The translations under genes and the position numbers were made by a program. A stretch of DNA of 64,000 nucleotides. It comes from Dimorphilus gyrociliatus (lineage: Eukaryota > Animalia > Annelida). Numbering within the stretch: position 1 is the first letter of the stretch; each line of letters starts with the position of its first letter. Where the stretch lies: contig CAJFCJ010000002.1 of assembly GCA_904063045.1 (NCBI GenBank), positions 620,001 to 684,000 of the forward strand. Direction: 5' to 3'. The notes below the pieces were generated by a model, which was given only the letters and a program-made list of their open reading frames with translations, did no database searches and was not told the origin of the DNA. Below, one piece after another: positions 13,070-38,674 of the stretch.

Positions 13070-14684
13070 GACTTCTTCTAGAAACTGTGAAACAGTTGTT
13101 AGAAATAAAATGTATATTTAAAATGTATTTCTGATACCCACTTATTTTTACCTATTGACTTGATAAAATGTGATAGTTATAGCAAACTATCGCGTTGGAA
13201 GCAGTTAAAGTGAAACAACTGAAATTTTACTCTCTACTTCTTCCTGGTAATTACGTCTATTTCAAATATTTCATGTTGATTAACATAAAATATAATCGAC
13301 AAAAATAGATACCATTAAATAATCCACAGGCCCTTTTTTCTTGTGACAAATAGTAGGTCCTCTGAATTTTAGGGTTGAATGGTAAAGCATTGAGTTACAA
13401 TTTTTAATATTTTAATGTTAGGTAGAAAGAAATAATAATAAAATTTAACACTTTTGAAAAGCTTTCATATCGCTGTCTTCGTCGTTGTCGAATCAAATGC
13501 AATTTTTATAAAGAATACCCTCCAACGAACAAACGTGAAAAGATAAATGCTACTTACAGTGTTCCCTTGTCATATCAAAAGAAACGCTTTTCCAAAATTG
13601 AGAATTATTTGTTATATCAAGGAGGGAATTATCTACGAACTCCAATGTTTACCCTCATATCAAACCATATTTATACATAAAAGGGCAGCGATGTAGAAAA
13701 TTACTTAATTATCAATATACAATGCTTGTCGAGAGTTAATATCAAAGTCAACTGTGAGGCTTATTTTGTAGTTCATGATTTAAAGCACAAATATAATGTA
13801 AATATCAGAAATGAGCTATTTCTGCAACATAAAAATAATAAAAGAACTACAAGCTAACATGTGGAATGCTGGCTTGCTGCAATGTGTCTTTTTCTGAAAT
13901 TTTGCAGTCGAGAAGACTTTTCTTCTCGATATACAGATTTCTAATTTTCTCATATGTATACTCTTTAAAGCGTCGTTTGCAGCGAATAATACTATCATGC
14001 TCATAAGAAATAGAGGATTCTAAAGAAAGTACTCAGTCATATTCTCTTTTTTGCAAAAAATAACAAACTTTGTAAATAATTTATTTAAAGATAAAATTGA
14101 AAAGTTCAATTATCAAAGATAAGAGAAGATTTCATACCGTTAGCTTTCCAAGTAAGCACAATAATCAGTTTCTTAATCATAGAAATGCAGAGTGGAGCTT
14201 GTAAAACAGTAAACGTCTTCAGCAAATATGCAAAACCCTTGGAAAAACTTGAGAAAATTAGTACGCCATCTGCCGAAAATGTGTTCGATGCGACATCAAC
14301 GTTGAAAGTTAAGTTGGAAAGTTAAACGAAAATTTGAAAACGGAAAATTATTAATAAAGATAAAGATTTTGGAGTGTTCATGAAAAATAAGTCAATTTTG
14401 AGAACTCTCAACACAAAGAGAAGAAAATATGAAAATGAGACGATGAGATCTTTAAACTGTATATTTAGAGGAAAAGAAAAATCCACAAATTTCAATTTTT
14501 CGTCTGAAATTGTGTTGTAACAATACCTATTTAAATGAACTTTTATATACAGTTTAGCAAAATGATTTTTCGTAATAATGTGAATTTATATCTGGAAGAT
14601 ATTAAAGATCGTTACAGATTAAACTCTTTTAAGAAAACTTAAATGAGTATATTTTATTAAAGATATACATACTGTACTTTCACT

Positions 14685-14699
14685 GCGCCATCTACTGGC
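14685..14699 (-). promoter_or_regulatory. CTCF-like site GCCAGTAGATGGCGC
   Basis: Close match to the CTCF core CCASYAGRKGGCRS. Confidence 0.55.
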
Positions 14700-14830
14700 A
14701 TCTTTTAATAAAAATAACGTTTTAGAGCAAAGTTTCGAAATAGACAGAACAATGTCATTAATTTTCCAATACAAAAGTCTCAATCTGTCCATATAACTAA
14801 AAATAATTGCATGTTTAATTATTTTATTAC

Positions 14831-15874
14831 AAGTGTATGCTTTCATCAATTGCAGAAGGAGTAACGGCAGCGTTAGGTAACGAGATTGTTGGAGAAATAA
14901 CCGATGGTGTTATGGGAGACAGCATCGACAATATGGGAGAACCTTTTTCATCCCGTGTATTGCTAAATGCCTTTAATGGAAGAGGCTCCAGATTAATACG
15001 CAAAGATTTTGGATCTGTTGATGAACTACAATGTCCACATGATTTACATTTTGAAGTCTGTAAACTGTCATAACTAGGTGGATCTTCATTAGGTCTACAT
15101 TCATTATCAGAATCTATATCAGAACTTCCAGAAAGTAATGTAGAAAAAGCATAATAATGTTTGTTTAACAATCGAAGTAGTCGAAGGCGTTTGTCTTCTT
15201 GTCGGAATTCGGATGCTGTATCCGTAGCACTATCATCTGAGGTTTCGTGGATTATTGCTGAGTACTTTTCTAGAATACTTGGATTTTGGGAAAGAGAGCG
15301 TCTAGAGAGTAAGCATTTTCTGGAAGGTGATTCAGTAACATCAGGAAAGCTAAGAGCTGATGAAGTGATGTTCTGCAATGGATTGATCTCCACCATTGGT
15401 GAACCAGGAACCTGAGTTATTTGATTTTCACATGAAACTGTTCCATCTGTATCAGAATCTGTGTTAATATCGTCTAACTCATATTCAGCTTCATCTTCCT
15501 GTTCAGCTTTTTGGAGAGCGAAAACTGCATTACGTTTCTTGCAGAACACAATAACAGCGGCCGTAATGCTAATTGTAACGAATAATAAAACGGATGCAAC
15601 AACTATAACCATTGTTAGACTATGACTCTCTGTTCCTTTACGAACAAGAGAGGTTAGAATGTTACTCTTATGAAAAAAGTCATTGACTGCCCTTACACGA
15701 GCTCTCCTCGATGTAAAGTTCAACGTACTATTCATATCAACGTCCCTTCTCCAGTATTGTGGCTTAGATACACGTCTCGTTGAGTTTCGAGGAGTTCCTA
15801 TTCTGCCAGCTATACCCTTGTGTTGCAGAGTTCTCTCCCAATGAAGAGCGTCGACTAGCATTCCAGCTAGGCGT
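14831..15874 (-). CDS. Large exon encoding ectodomain + single TM helix + Ser-rich cytoplasmic region; probable PDE4 N-terminal exon (otherwise a stand-alone single-pass protein)
   Basis: Acceptor tttgcag|A at 15874; 1044 nt, symmetric phase 2-2; ends CAC TT|GTAATA. TM MVIVVASVLLFVTISITAAVIVFC followed by KKR; sequons NST, NST, NFT before the TM; PPSY in the tail. Confidence 0.75.
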
Positions 15875-17341
15875 CTGCAAATCAAATAACGAGCTGGTAG
15901 ATTACTCTATATACATTTATTTATATAGGAAACGCTTAACGAACAGCAGCTGTAGTTGTCAGCCAAACTGTAAATGCAATTTGCGAAGTTTCATAAGATT
16001 ACGGATCGATGATCACAAGTGTATAGGCCTATAATATAGAGCAAATTGAAGCGGGACCGAATGAAGTCCGAGAGCGCGTATATATTAGCACAATATATGG
16101 AAATGGAGGCCTAGCTGATTAGCTTTATAAGGCGATAATTTCGCTTGTTTGCTTGCGCTCCGGTTCTTTTATCAAGACAAGTCATCTTGCTATTCTTTAT
16201 ACGAGCCTTTTAAGACTGCGTTGTTTTTATTAGACACGATTTATGAGAGAGGCAAACGATAAAAAGCCAAAAAAAAGCGAAACTGAGTGTTGTTTTTTCC
16301 TAAAGTAAGCAAGAAATATGATTATTATATTGGACAAATACTTTTCTTTTCTTTGCCTATTCTATTTCTTTTTCTCACTTTCAGTTTGTAATCAGAACGA
16401 AATTGAATAATTCAAACTTGGTAATCTTTATTTTCGGCATCAAGTCACATGTCAACAAGATGTCACGCTCCAACAAAGTTATCTTGCCTTTGGCATCTGA
16501 CGCAAAATATTCAACATTTCTTATTCTTTATTTTGCTCCAATATCTCGTTTATATTTTAGTAGTATCCAAGTTTTAAAGATAATGAAGATGCAAGAGTAT
16601 TTAACCAAACGAATCGTTTTGGGATTTTAAGTAAGAATTCGATTAGGACAAAACTCTCAATGGAATTTCCATCGTCTCTCTCCACATTCACTCTTTTATC
16701 GATCTTTTTTTGTAAGTCCAATATAATGTACAAGTAAGTCAAGTAACTTATATTTAAGTATAATCATTAAACAGTAATAGAGATTTCCTTTGAATGAAGC
16801 TTGTGATTAAATACGGCAGAAACGGCTAGTAATGCTCTGAGCGTACAGATTATAATAACTAATAGGCTTAGACAGAATGGAGCAAGGTAAAAGAAAAAAA
16901 GGAAAGAAAATATACAGGCGTATTGCATTCTAATGACCTGATGGGACGTTTCCTGCCCAACTTCCGCTTATTTAGAATACATTTCATGACCTATTTCTTA
17001 TCGGTCGGTGATTATAAGTCGGATAGTTTTCAACTCTCTCACCTAAAAACATCAACAAATATAAATAAGTATATCACTAAACGATTCTCTAGGAAGTTGT
17101 AATTGTTAGTTTAGTATTAAAATAAAATGATCAAAGAGGAGCAAGAGAAGGCGATTTCTATATTCTTGGACTATCTGACTTCTGAATTGATATGAATAAG
17201 CTTCATTAGAAGTCCCCAGTTGGTAACACAGTCAATTGACAAACGTTAGCTTGCCCTAGCGGTGGAAGCATCCGGTGATGTTATTTACATATAGTTAGTA
17301 TATGTTTGCCCTACTGTTTCTGTGAAACTATCACATTTTAC

Positions 17342-17529
17342 GACAGCAACTTAATATGTCTATTGCCCGAACTAATGCATGATTCATGTTCTATCCAGAT
17401 AAAACTAATATCTCTAATCTTGCCCGCGATTAGCATAGAAATCGACAAAGAGAAAAATACAAGCTGAAAAACTATGCTAGCGATTGTACGCAAGAAACGA
17501 ATTACTGAATTATACCGCAATTCAGTCAT
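17342..17529 (-). CDS. First coding exon with signal peptide/signal-anchor (MTELRYNSVIRFLRTIASIVFQLVFFSLSISMLIAG...KLL..)
   Basis: ATG at 17529; hydrophobic core of about 20 residues after basic residues; ends CTG TC|GTAAAA, phase 2, in frame with the 15874 acceptor. Confidence 0.6.
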
Positions 17530-17682
17530 GCATAAAGTGACAAACTACTCCGAAATGACAAAAAGTGGGAGAAATCAAGCTTTCATCACTCCATACAGAA
17601 ATAATACACAGCACGCAAAAGGAGTCCAATTTGATAACTGACGTCTCTTTTGCACGTACACTTTTCGTGGTGATTTAGTGGA

Positions 17683-17690
17683 TGACGTCA
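17683..17690. promoter_or_regulatory. Full cAMP response element TGACGTCA
   Basis: Perfect CRE about 150 nt upstream (minus orientation) of the 17529 ATG. Confidence 0.5.
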
Positions 17691-17941
17691 CAATCAAATA
17701 CCGCCACCAAGTTCATTTTGTATTAAATTGGGTCATCAGGTTGACCTAGACAGTGACTTTTAAAGTGTTGTTAGTCCAAAAGTACATATTTCCAAAAATT
17801 GCGGGAGCGTTCATTATTTACACGTCATCTAATAAACTTGATACTTGTCAATTATGAGCTCATTGCTGCTTGCCTAACTCACAGTTTGTAATGTTTGTCA
17901 CGCTATCAAATCATGGTACATGTATATATCAAAATACCTAC

Positions 17942-18108
17942 CAAACGCCGTCAAAGTTTTACAAGCAGAAAAGCCAAGCAATGCGACAATCAGGGAATGA
18001 GCAGAGAAACGCCCCACTGGCGCCCGCAGCGTCTACTGTAGTAAAGAGAGAGGGAAGGGGGGAGAGGAGAGGGAAAAGACAGCGTCTTTTATTGCTTATC
18101 CTTATATA
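17942..18108 (-). promoter_or_regulatory. TATA promoter and non-coding leader exon (distal PDE4 promoter candidate)
   Basis: Minus strand TATATAAGG near 18100-18108, then a CT-rich ATG-free stretch ending in TTTG|GTAGGT. Confidence 0.45.
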
Positions 18109-19580
18109 TTGTGGCAACAGACAGCTGGCTCTTCTCAGCGTCGCCACCCTTTGCCACCTTTTTTAATTAAATTTTCCTATACGGATGCGGATTGACAGAC
18201 TAGTATTATATATATTTTTTTCGATTTGAATAGTAGGATTAGCATCTCTAGGGAACAGCTGGAAAAGGCGTAATTTTATACGCCGAACCGTCTCTTTATC
18301 GATTTTAGTCGGCGTCGGCCAAACCAGCTTTTTCATTTTGTCGAATGTACAGTAATACGACCGTAATTAACACCCCGTTTGTTCGGCCGTACAAAAGGCG
18401 GGCTTCATCTTTCAAGTTAACTATAAAAGTGTACGCCGCCGGAATATTACTGCAGATGAAATGTCAACGTTTCGCAATTTATCATTGTTCGCCCGAGATA
18501 AAACGTACATCGAAAACGAGATCGGACGTCTGAGAGAGGCCTACATTCTAGGGGCAAATACGCCTATGTTATAAGGTGACGAGCCGAAATCGAATGATTG
18601 ATAGCAATTAGATTAGAGGCTTTTACTAACTGGATTTAGTTGCTACGAGTTTTGGCCAAAGTTTGTCACTTCAATCCGTTTAGTGGTTTGTCTTTAGAAG
18701 TATAAACGAGCGACGAAATGTGCACGCTCATTATGTTAAAAGGTCTTAAGACCTAAGGAGTCACGAAAGCGGATATCCGGCTGAAGGAGAACGAGTAATT
18801 TCTAATTGTCAGCCACCGTACGACTGGCGAATGATAAATAGATGAATATCACAAAGGTCGAAGGCGAAGGCTTTTTTACGTTTCGTTTTTCAAGCATGTC
18901 ACGTTACCAAGTTCAATTTAAAACGCCGATTTGTGATTACAGGGTGCCATTGATTATTTACTATAAAACGTTTACAGAATATTTATCAACCTTCTTTGCT
19001 GCCCATTACGCCATCTACTGAAGTAGTGACATAATAAGCCGCATATTTTATTTTGGTGAAAATTGCAGGAAAAAGACAACCTGTATGATTTTTTTCTTTT
19101 GTTAAATCTTTAAAATATTTACAGATATATTTACACAAAAGGACTGAAGGAACAATACAGTGCGAAACCAGTGTAAACTTAAGCAAAATATCAAAAAAGA
19201 ATATACGAAAACGTACAACAAATAGAAGCAGAAAAAAATTAAAGAGCTTACTACGAAACAAGGTAACAGAAGACAGCGAATTTTTAATTTCTCTCATGTT
19301 TTTCGCGGATAAATTCTACTTATGTAAAATTGTGAATAATTTCAGTAAACGAAAATTTGCTATTTCTCTCTATTTCTGTTGCTTTAGTAAATGCATTTCA
19401 AGTATACCATCTATATCAATTAATTAACGTGAAAGACGTTGAACAATAGATTCTTTCCTTGGGATTGACACCTACAAAAGTTTCTTAAAAGGAATAAAAG
19501 AGATTTTCACTAAACAGTATGTGTGTAATATACTGTGTACATAAACATTATATACAATTATTTGGTACGCCTTCTAATTA

Positions 19581-32902
<13,322 letters not shown>

Positions 32903-33214
32903 ATTTTATGCTGCTATAATAATCGAGCAGAATGCAAACCTATAAGTGCAAAATTTGTCGAACAGAATACCACCTATAAAAGGCTTACGAGTCAACCGTC
33001 ACCTGTCATCCAGTGCAAAGTCACGCTGTGGCGTTACCGTCGTTGCGCGCGCAGCATGGAATTTATTCTTTATCTCTGATAATTATATTGTCGAAATAAG
33101 AAAACTGTATAGAAAATATCAATTTTTCAAATCACTACGGCTGTATTCGTATAACAAAGTAAGGCAATATACAATGCAAAATTGTAAAAATAAAAATGAA
33201 CTGAGTATGAAATC

Positions 33215-36200
33215 TTAATGGGTTGTGCACATCGTAAAAAGAGGATGCTTAATTAAATCTTTTGCAGCCGATCGGTCGCCCTTGACTATTTCAAGGCAAC
33301 GTAAACACAAATCTTTTAGTGGAGGACTCTCGATTGTTGGTAACGGAGGTCCTTCGGTGGCACAACCGATTCGAAATATTAAGGCATAGTGCTTTTCATA
33401 ATGTCGATCAGACCAAGGCGGTTTTGCTGTAAGCATTTGTATAATTATACACCCCACTGACCATACATCTGCTGATCTTCCATAGCTTTCCCCTTTCAAA
33501 ACCTCAGGTGCCATGAAAGGTATGGTACCCATTAACTCATTTCTGAATTCGTCTAATCCAGTCATATCTCCTTGTAAAGTTGCTGAAGCTCCAAAGTCAG
33601 CAATTCTTATTCTTTGCCCACTACTGTCAACTACCAAATTAGCACCTGTAAGTAAAGGAGGCCAATCATAAATAGGTTTCTGTATCATTTAAAGTAATCT
33701 AGTACCTTTTAAATCCCTGTGTAAAATCCTATTTTCATGCAAATATGCTAATCCAAGAATGACTTGTCTAATATATTTTATGGTTACATTTTCAGTGAAG
33801 CAACCGTAGGTTTCCAGCAAATTTGCTATTGACCCACCAGGCATCCATTCGGTGAACATAAAAAAATGAGACCCGTGTCTCGTCGCTCCTAATAATCGAA
33901 GAATATTCGGATGGGAAAGTTTACCAACTAGTCGTATTTCTGCTTCAATTTTTGCTATTTCTACTTCTTCATCTTTTTGATTATTTCTGACCAAACATAT
34001 CTGTTTGCAAGCCATAAGAGTACCAGTACGTTTATCTCTAGCAAGATAGCAAGTACAAAATCCTCCTGTACCAATAGTAGGACCTTTCACCCAATGAAGA
34101 TTTTCAATATATGGTTCAACATTATGTGTTTCGGCTTGATCAGTTACATGCGAATCTAGTGGTAAACATTTTAACCCTGGAACATTTGGTAGTTTACTTT
34201 GCTGCTCAGATCGCAGAAGAGCCTCAACAAGGGCCTTATCCTCTTCAATTTCAACTTCTTCTTTACATTTGCACTCATCTGAATTTTTTGTTGGAGAAGT
34301 TGCAACTTCAATCGTAAATACGTCTTTATCTTCATCCAGTTCTGAAAATCTATCATCTGTTGATTCACTGGTCAAATCAGTAATTAAGCTGTTTGATATA
34401 TCTGATTCTATTGCAAGTTTTTGAGTTTCTGATGAAGAGTCATCGTCTATGAATCCTAATCTTGATTCTGGTCGGAAATATTCACCATTTTCTGGAATAG
34501 CATCTATTGTAGTAGATAATTTATCATCTGTATGGCTAATTTTGAGAATATTTTGCATACAAGAATGATGTAATTGGTTTTCATTCAAAGTAGAATTTTC
34601 TAATGATATATTTCGTAAAGAATTTACTACTTCTTGATTTGATAGGGTTTCTGATAGATGAATTGACTTAATGCTACACTTGCCATGATCAATTGTGAAA
34701 CATTGACAGCAAGATGGTGCTGAACAGTTCTGGGTCAGGGGTAAACCTTCTGTGGTGAGTGAAGTATTGTCACTTCCCCACACTCCATCTGTTAATTTTT
34801 CAGGCGCTGTAAGAGGTCTGTCATCTTCTTTGGGTACTGGAACAGAAGGAGGAGCAATAGCATCACTTTGCAAAGGTTGACAATGGTAGTATGTGCCCGC
34901 CGTAGAATCTCTCTCGTAACTATTAGTTTGCACCTGATGTACATGGGTAGTGTAATTACTATCTGCTAATAATTCTCTTTGTGGAGGTTCATTCTTTATT
35001 GGCCATATTCTTTCAAAGCTATTAGCTAGTTTTTTTCTTATATAGTCTGCAATAGAAAAGTCAGAATTTTCATATTGAGTTAAAATCCACTTGATGCCAT
35101 GATCGTCTTGAATTTTAATGATGTTAAAAAGTAGCTTTTTCGATAGTGTTGCTACTTTCACGTGGTTAAAAAAAAATGTCTTTTTTAGAAAATATAGTGT
35201 CATGTTAATCTTGTGTAAATTCGAACATTTTCGAGAATTCTTCTCTCCAATACATTCATTCAACAGAAAAAACGATTTGTATCTGTCCAAAAGTAGCTCT
35301 AAAGCAAATAAGCGACCTAAGAAATGCTGAAAAGGAGTAGAGTCCCTTGTCTCATCAACGCCAGATATGCACTCCAACACTAAGGTAAGCTCATCAACGC
35401 CTGTAGGTGAAAATCCATCTAATTCTTTTCCTATAGATAATTCACCTTCCTGGCCTTTGATAAAGCCGAGAATAGCCGAAAGGGATATGACTTTCGTTTT
35501 TCTGTTATAATTAATATTACATGGGTACGATGTTTTTAAATACAAACTACTTACCTGTTTGAGTTGGCGCACTTATTTAATAAGCTATCTAAAACAGGTT
35601 TTAACAGTGTTTCTAGTCTATTTCGTTCTGAATCATTTCGGCATGGTGTGAAAGCTAAAATGTTCCTTAGCGTTTTCTGTAAAGTTAGTTTCAAATAACG
35701 TCTACTGTAGTTTTTAATATATATATATATTTACAAACCAGACTCTGAATGAAAACTTTGTAAACAGGATCATTTAAAGTAAAAGCAATTATTTTCATGC
35801 TACATTGTAGTATATTTGTTTGGATGCTGACATCATGTGCCGATATTGAAAGCGTTTGAGATGCTGTCTTAGACAACTCTTTAAGACCTGTTTCTCTGAA
35901 ATTCCAGTTTGTTGAAAGTAGACAGGAGGATAAATTTTCTCCAATAACGGTACCCCACTCCACAAGATATGGTTGTAAATCGGCTGAAACTGGAATAGTG
36001 TGAGGCAACTCGGATGTATTCAATCCGGGGGATACAGATGGTAGAAGGAGACTATCAGAATTAGCTGTAACTTCATTATGGGCTATGTTAGTATGCCATT
36101 TTTCATCACAAAGTGGGCATGTTAATCTTCTCTCAGATTTTTGACATTCAGCAAACCCTTAAAAATATAAGACTATTACCACAGGAAAGTATACAGAAAA

Positions 36201-37634
36201 TTTTGGGTATACATCTGTCAAGGCAGTGATGGTGATATTTGTTTATACATTTATCACAATTGTTTAAGCTTTCTCCATCCAGGATTTCGCTTAAGCAAAT
36301 TGGACAGCTTTCCTCCTCATCCTCTAGTCTTAAACTTTTATAAAAACACGGTTAACTTACGTTTCTCTATTTTTTTATCTTAACAACTCACCCGTCTTGA
36401 GAGTCTTCACTTAATGAGCCATCCGTTGTTGTGCAGCTCTCTGTCTTCGAATGGATGGATTCGCTCATTCTTCTTTTCATATCGGCTATTCTCTGCTCTC
36501 GTCGCTGATAGTATTTCCTAAACAAGGCTTCCACTTCAAAATTTTTAAGTTGGACGCTCCATAAAGAAGGATCGTTTCTCTCAACCTTAAATACTCGAAG
36601 CATGACGAATAAAATGTGAAGACACTGCTTTCTAGTGCAACTGCAACTTTGAGGACCAATTACAACTTTATATTTATGATCTGGAGCGTCTCCACCAATC
36701 AAAAAAGAATTGGGACCTCGCTGTTGCAAGAGATAAAATCTAACTTTTAAAGCTTTTTCAACTTTTTTCTTTAAATTTGGATCTTCAGCCATAACATTTG
36801 GTGAAGGAGTTCGACGATTAGCAAATGCCTGTAATGCAGCTTGCTTTCTGTCCTCCTGAACAAATACAGAATTTGATAGATCTATTCATTTCATATCGTA
36901 ACAAAAATACCATAGTTGAGCTCTGTATGCGAGCAGATTTTGAACGGATGACTTTTGAAGAAATTATTGTAGATTTAGACTCAACCACTTGCCGAGCAAA
37001 AGCAGTATCTACGGTCGTTCCCGAATGCCTCCTCTTCAGCTTTGTTTCCGACAAGCATGGCTTTAATTATCAAACACACTCTTTAGCGACAAATTTTTAA
37101 GAAAATCTTTGTTTAACTTACAATGCTACTACTTTGTGTTCTACTTAAATTTTTTGCTATAACCGGTTTATTTCGTGGTTTATCGGATGGATCTCGTTTC
37201 AATTTCGCATTTTTCGTTGAATTATCCCTTTTAATTCTCAAATTTTCCTTAATCTGATCCAAATCGAGACATTTATTCATTTTTCTTATTGGAATATTAG
37301 ATTCCCTTGAATTTAAGCTAGAAAATGAATAATAAATTCTTGTATAATAAAACTTTATATTGAAGTTTAAATAATTGGCTGCATTAGTGTTATATAAAAC
37401 TGGTTACAGAATTCTCTGAAAGGGTTAAAACTAATTACATAAGAAATGAAAGTATATATATATAATATTCACAGTTGGTTCATTTTGCCATCCTTACCTG
37501 TTTGATTCATTAGGTTGATCGCAATGCGCCTCTTGATTATCGTCATTGTGACACAATCTTCCAAACTTTTTATCGATAAATTTAGATATCTTACATGTCT
37601 TCATAATGTCTATTCCTTCTCTCTGCTTTTCCAT
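33215..37634 (-). CDS. MAP3K1: Mitogen-activated protein kinase kinase kinase 1 (MEKK1)
   Basis: SWIM ([24 protein letters not shown]), RING (CPICL..C..C..HHHC..CPLC), TOG/ARM region ([13 protein letters not shown]), STE11-type kinase (GTGGF, HRDLKG|[17 protein letters not shown]). In-frame 5' exons from ATG 37634. Confidence 0.95.
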
Positions 37635-38674
37635 GACCACTAATTAGTATAAATAAGTTAGTAATTAGTCACCTAATACCCGCGTTGTTTACATTTAACC
37701 AAAATTTTAACAGATAGCTATGGTTAACAATGTCATAAAGTATACGTAAGTAAATTTTTTTAAAATAAGTTAACTCACAACATTTAGAACGATCTTTGAA
37801 ACAGATTATATTATGAGAAGTTCTCAGCTTTAAATCATTGATATAAAACAAATTTCAAATTGGAATTTCCGAAGGAAATGCCTCAAACTGAGCCTCGTTT
37901 TGGAAATCATAAGTAATTTTCGTAGTATTCAGTATATTTACTATCTGTAAAAAATAAAAATTCCTCTGCATTTAACACTGAAAAATCTGCGCAAATTAGA
38001 GTTTTTACGAAACTGCTGATATTACCTCTTTATTAACTAATTCAAAAGTCGAAAAGTTTATAATGTTGTGGTTCAATCAAAATATTACTTAGAGTAAGAT
38101 AAACTATCCGTAATCATTGTAAAGATAAAAAGAAATTTCTGGAGAATTTAAAATATAACAAAATAGACAAAACATTACCACAATAACATTTCACATAATA
38201 TCAATATTTCTTATAGTATTTTTTTTTCAATGCTTATTTATTGAAAAACCTGAGAAAATTTTAGAATTGACAAAGTTCATTTAAAAATCTGTATCATAGA
38301 CTGAAAATAGAGCATATTATCTTGCTTTCTCCAGTAAGCCAATATTTTTCAACAGTTTATTTGAATACCAATAAAATATTGATTTTCCTTGGCGGCCAAC
38401 ATTCGCTTGGTGACAAGTGTATTTTGCTGAACAACACGGTTGGGTTTAATATAATTTGCCATTGGAGTGAATTTGAACTTTCTTGAAGTATTTCAGTGAC
38501 AAAATCGAATCTGACTAAGAAATATACCAATTCCTTCAAAACATCATAAGATGGACTTATGTACTGATTAACTTGCCAGTGAGTATAGAGTAGTTTATAA
38601 CCCTTCATTAATCGATCTGCTTTAGTTCCCACCTGTCTCACCAAAGTAAATCTTCCGAAAATTTATTCCAAAGG

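Noticed and set aside
14827-15885. 352-aa ORF as a complete single-exon gene starting at TTG
   Set aside because: The start lies inside a splice acceptor and the stop inside a GTAATA donor-like site, so it is better explained as an internal exon. A stand-alone gene from ATG 15861 is not fully excluded.
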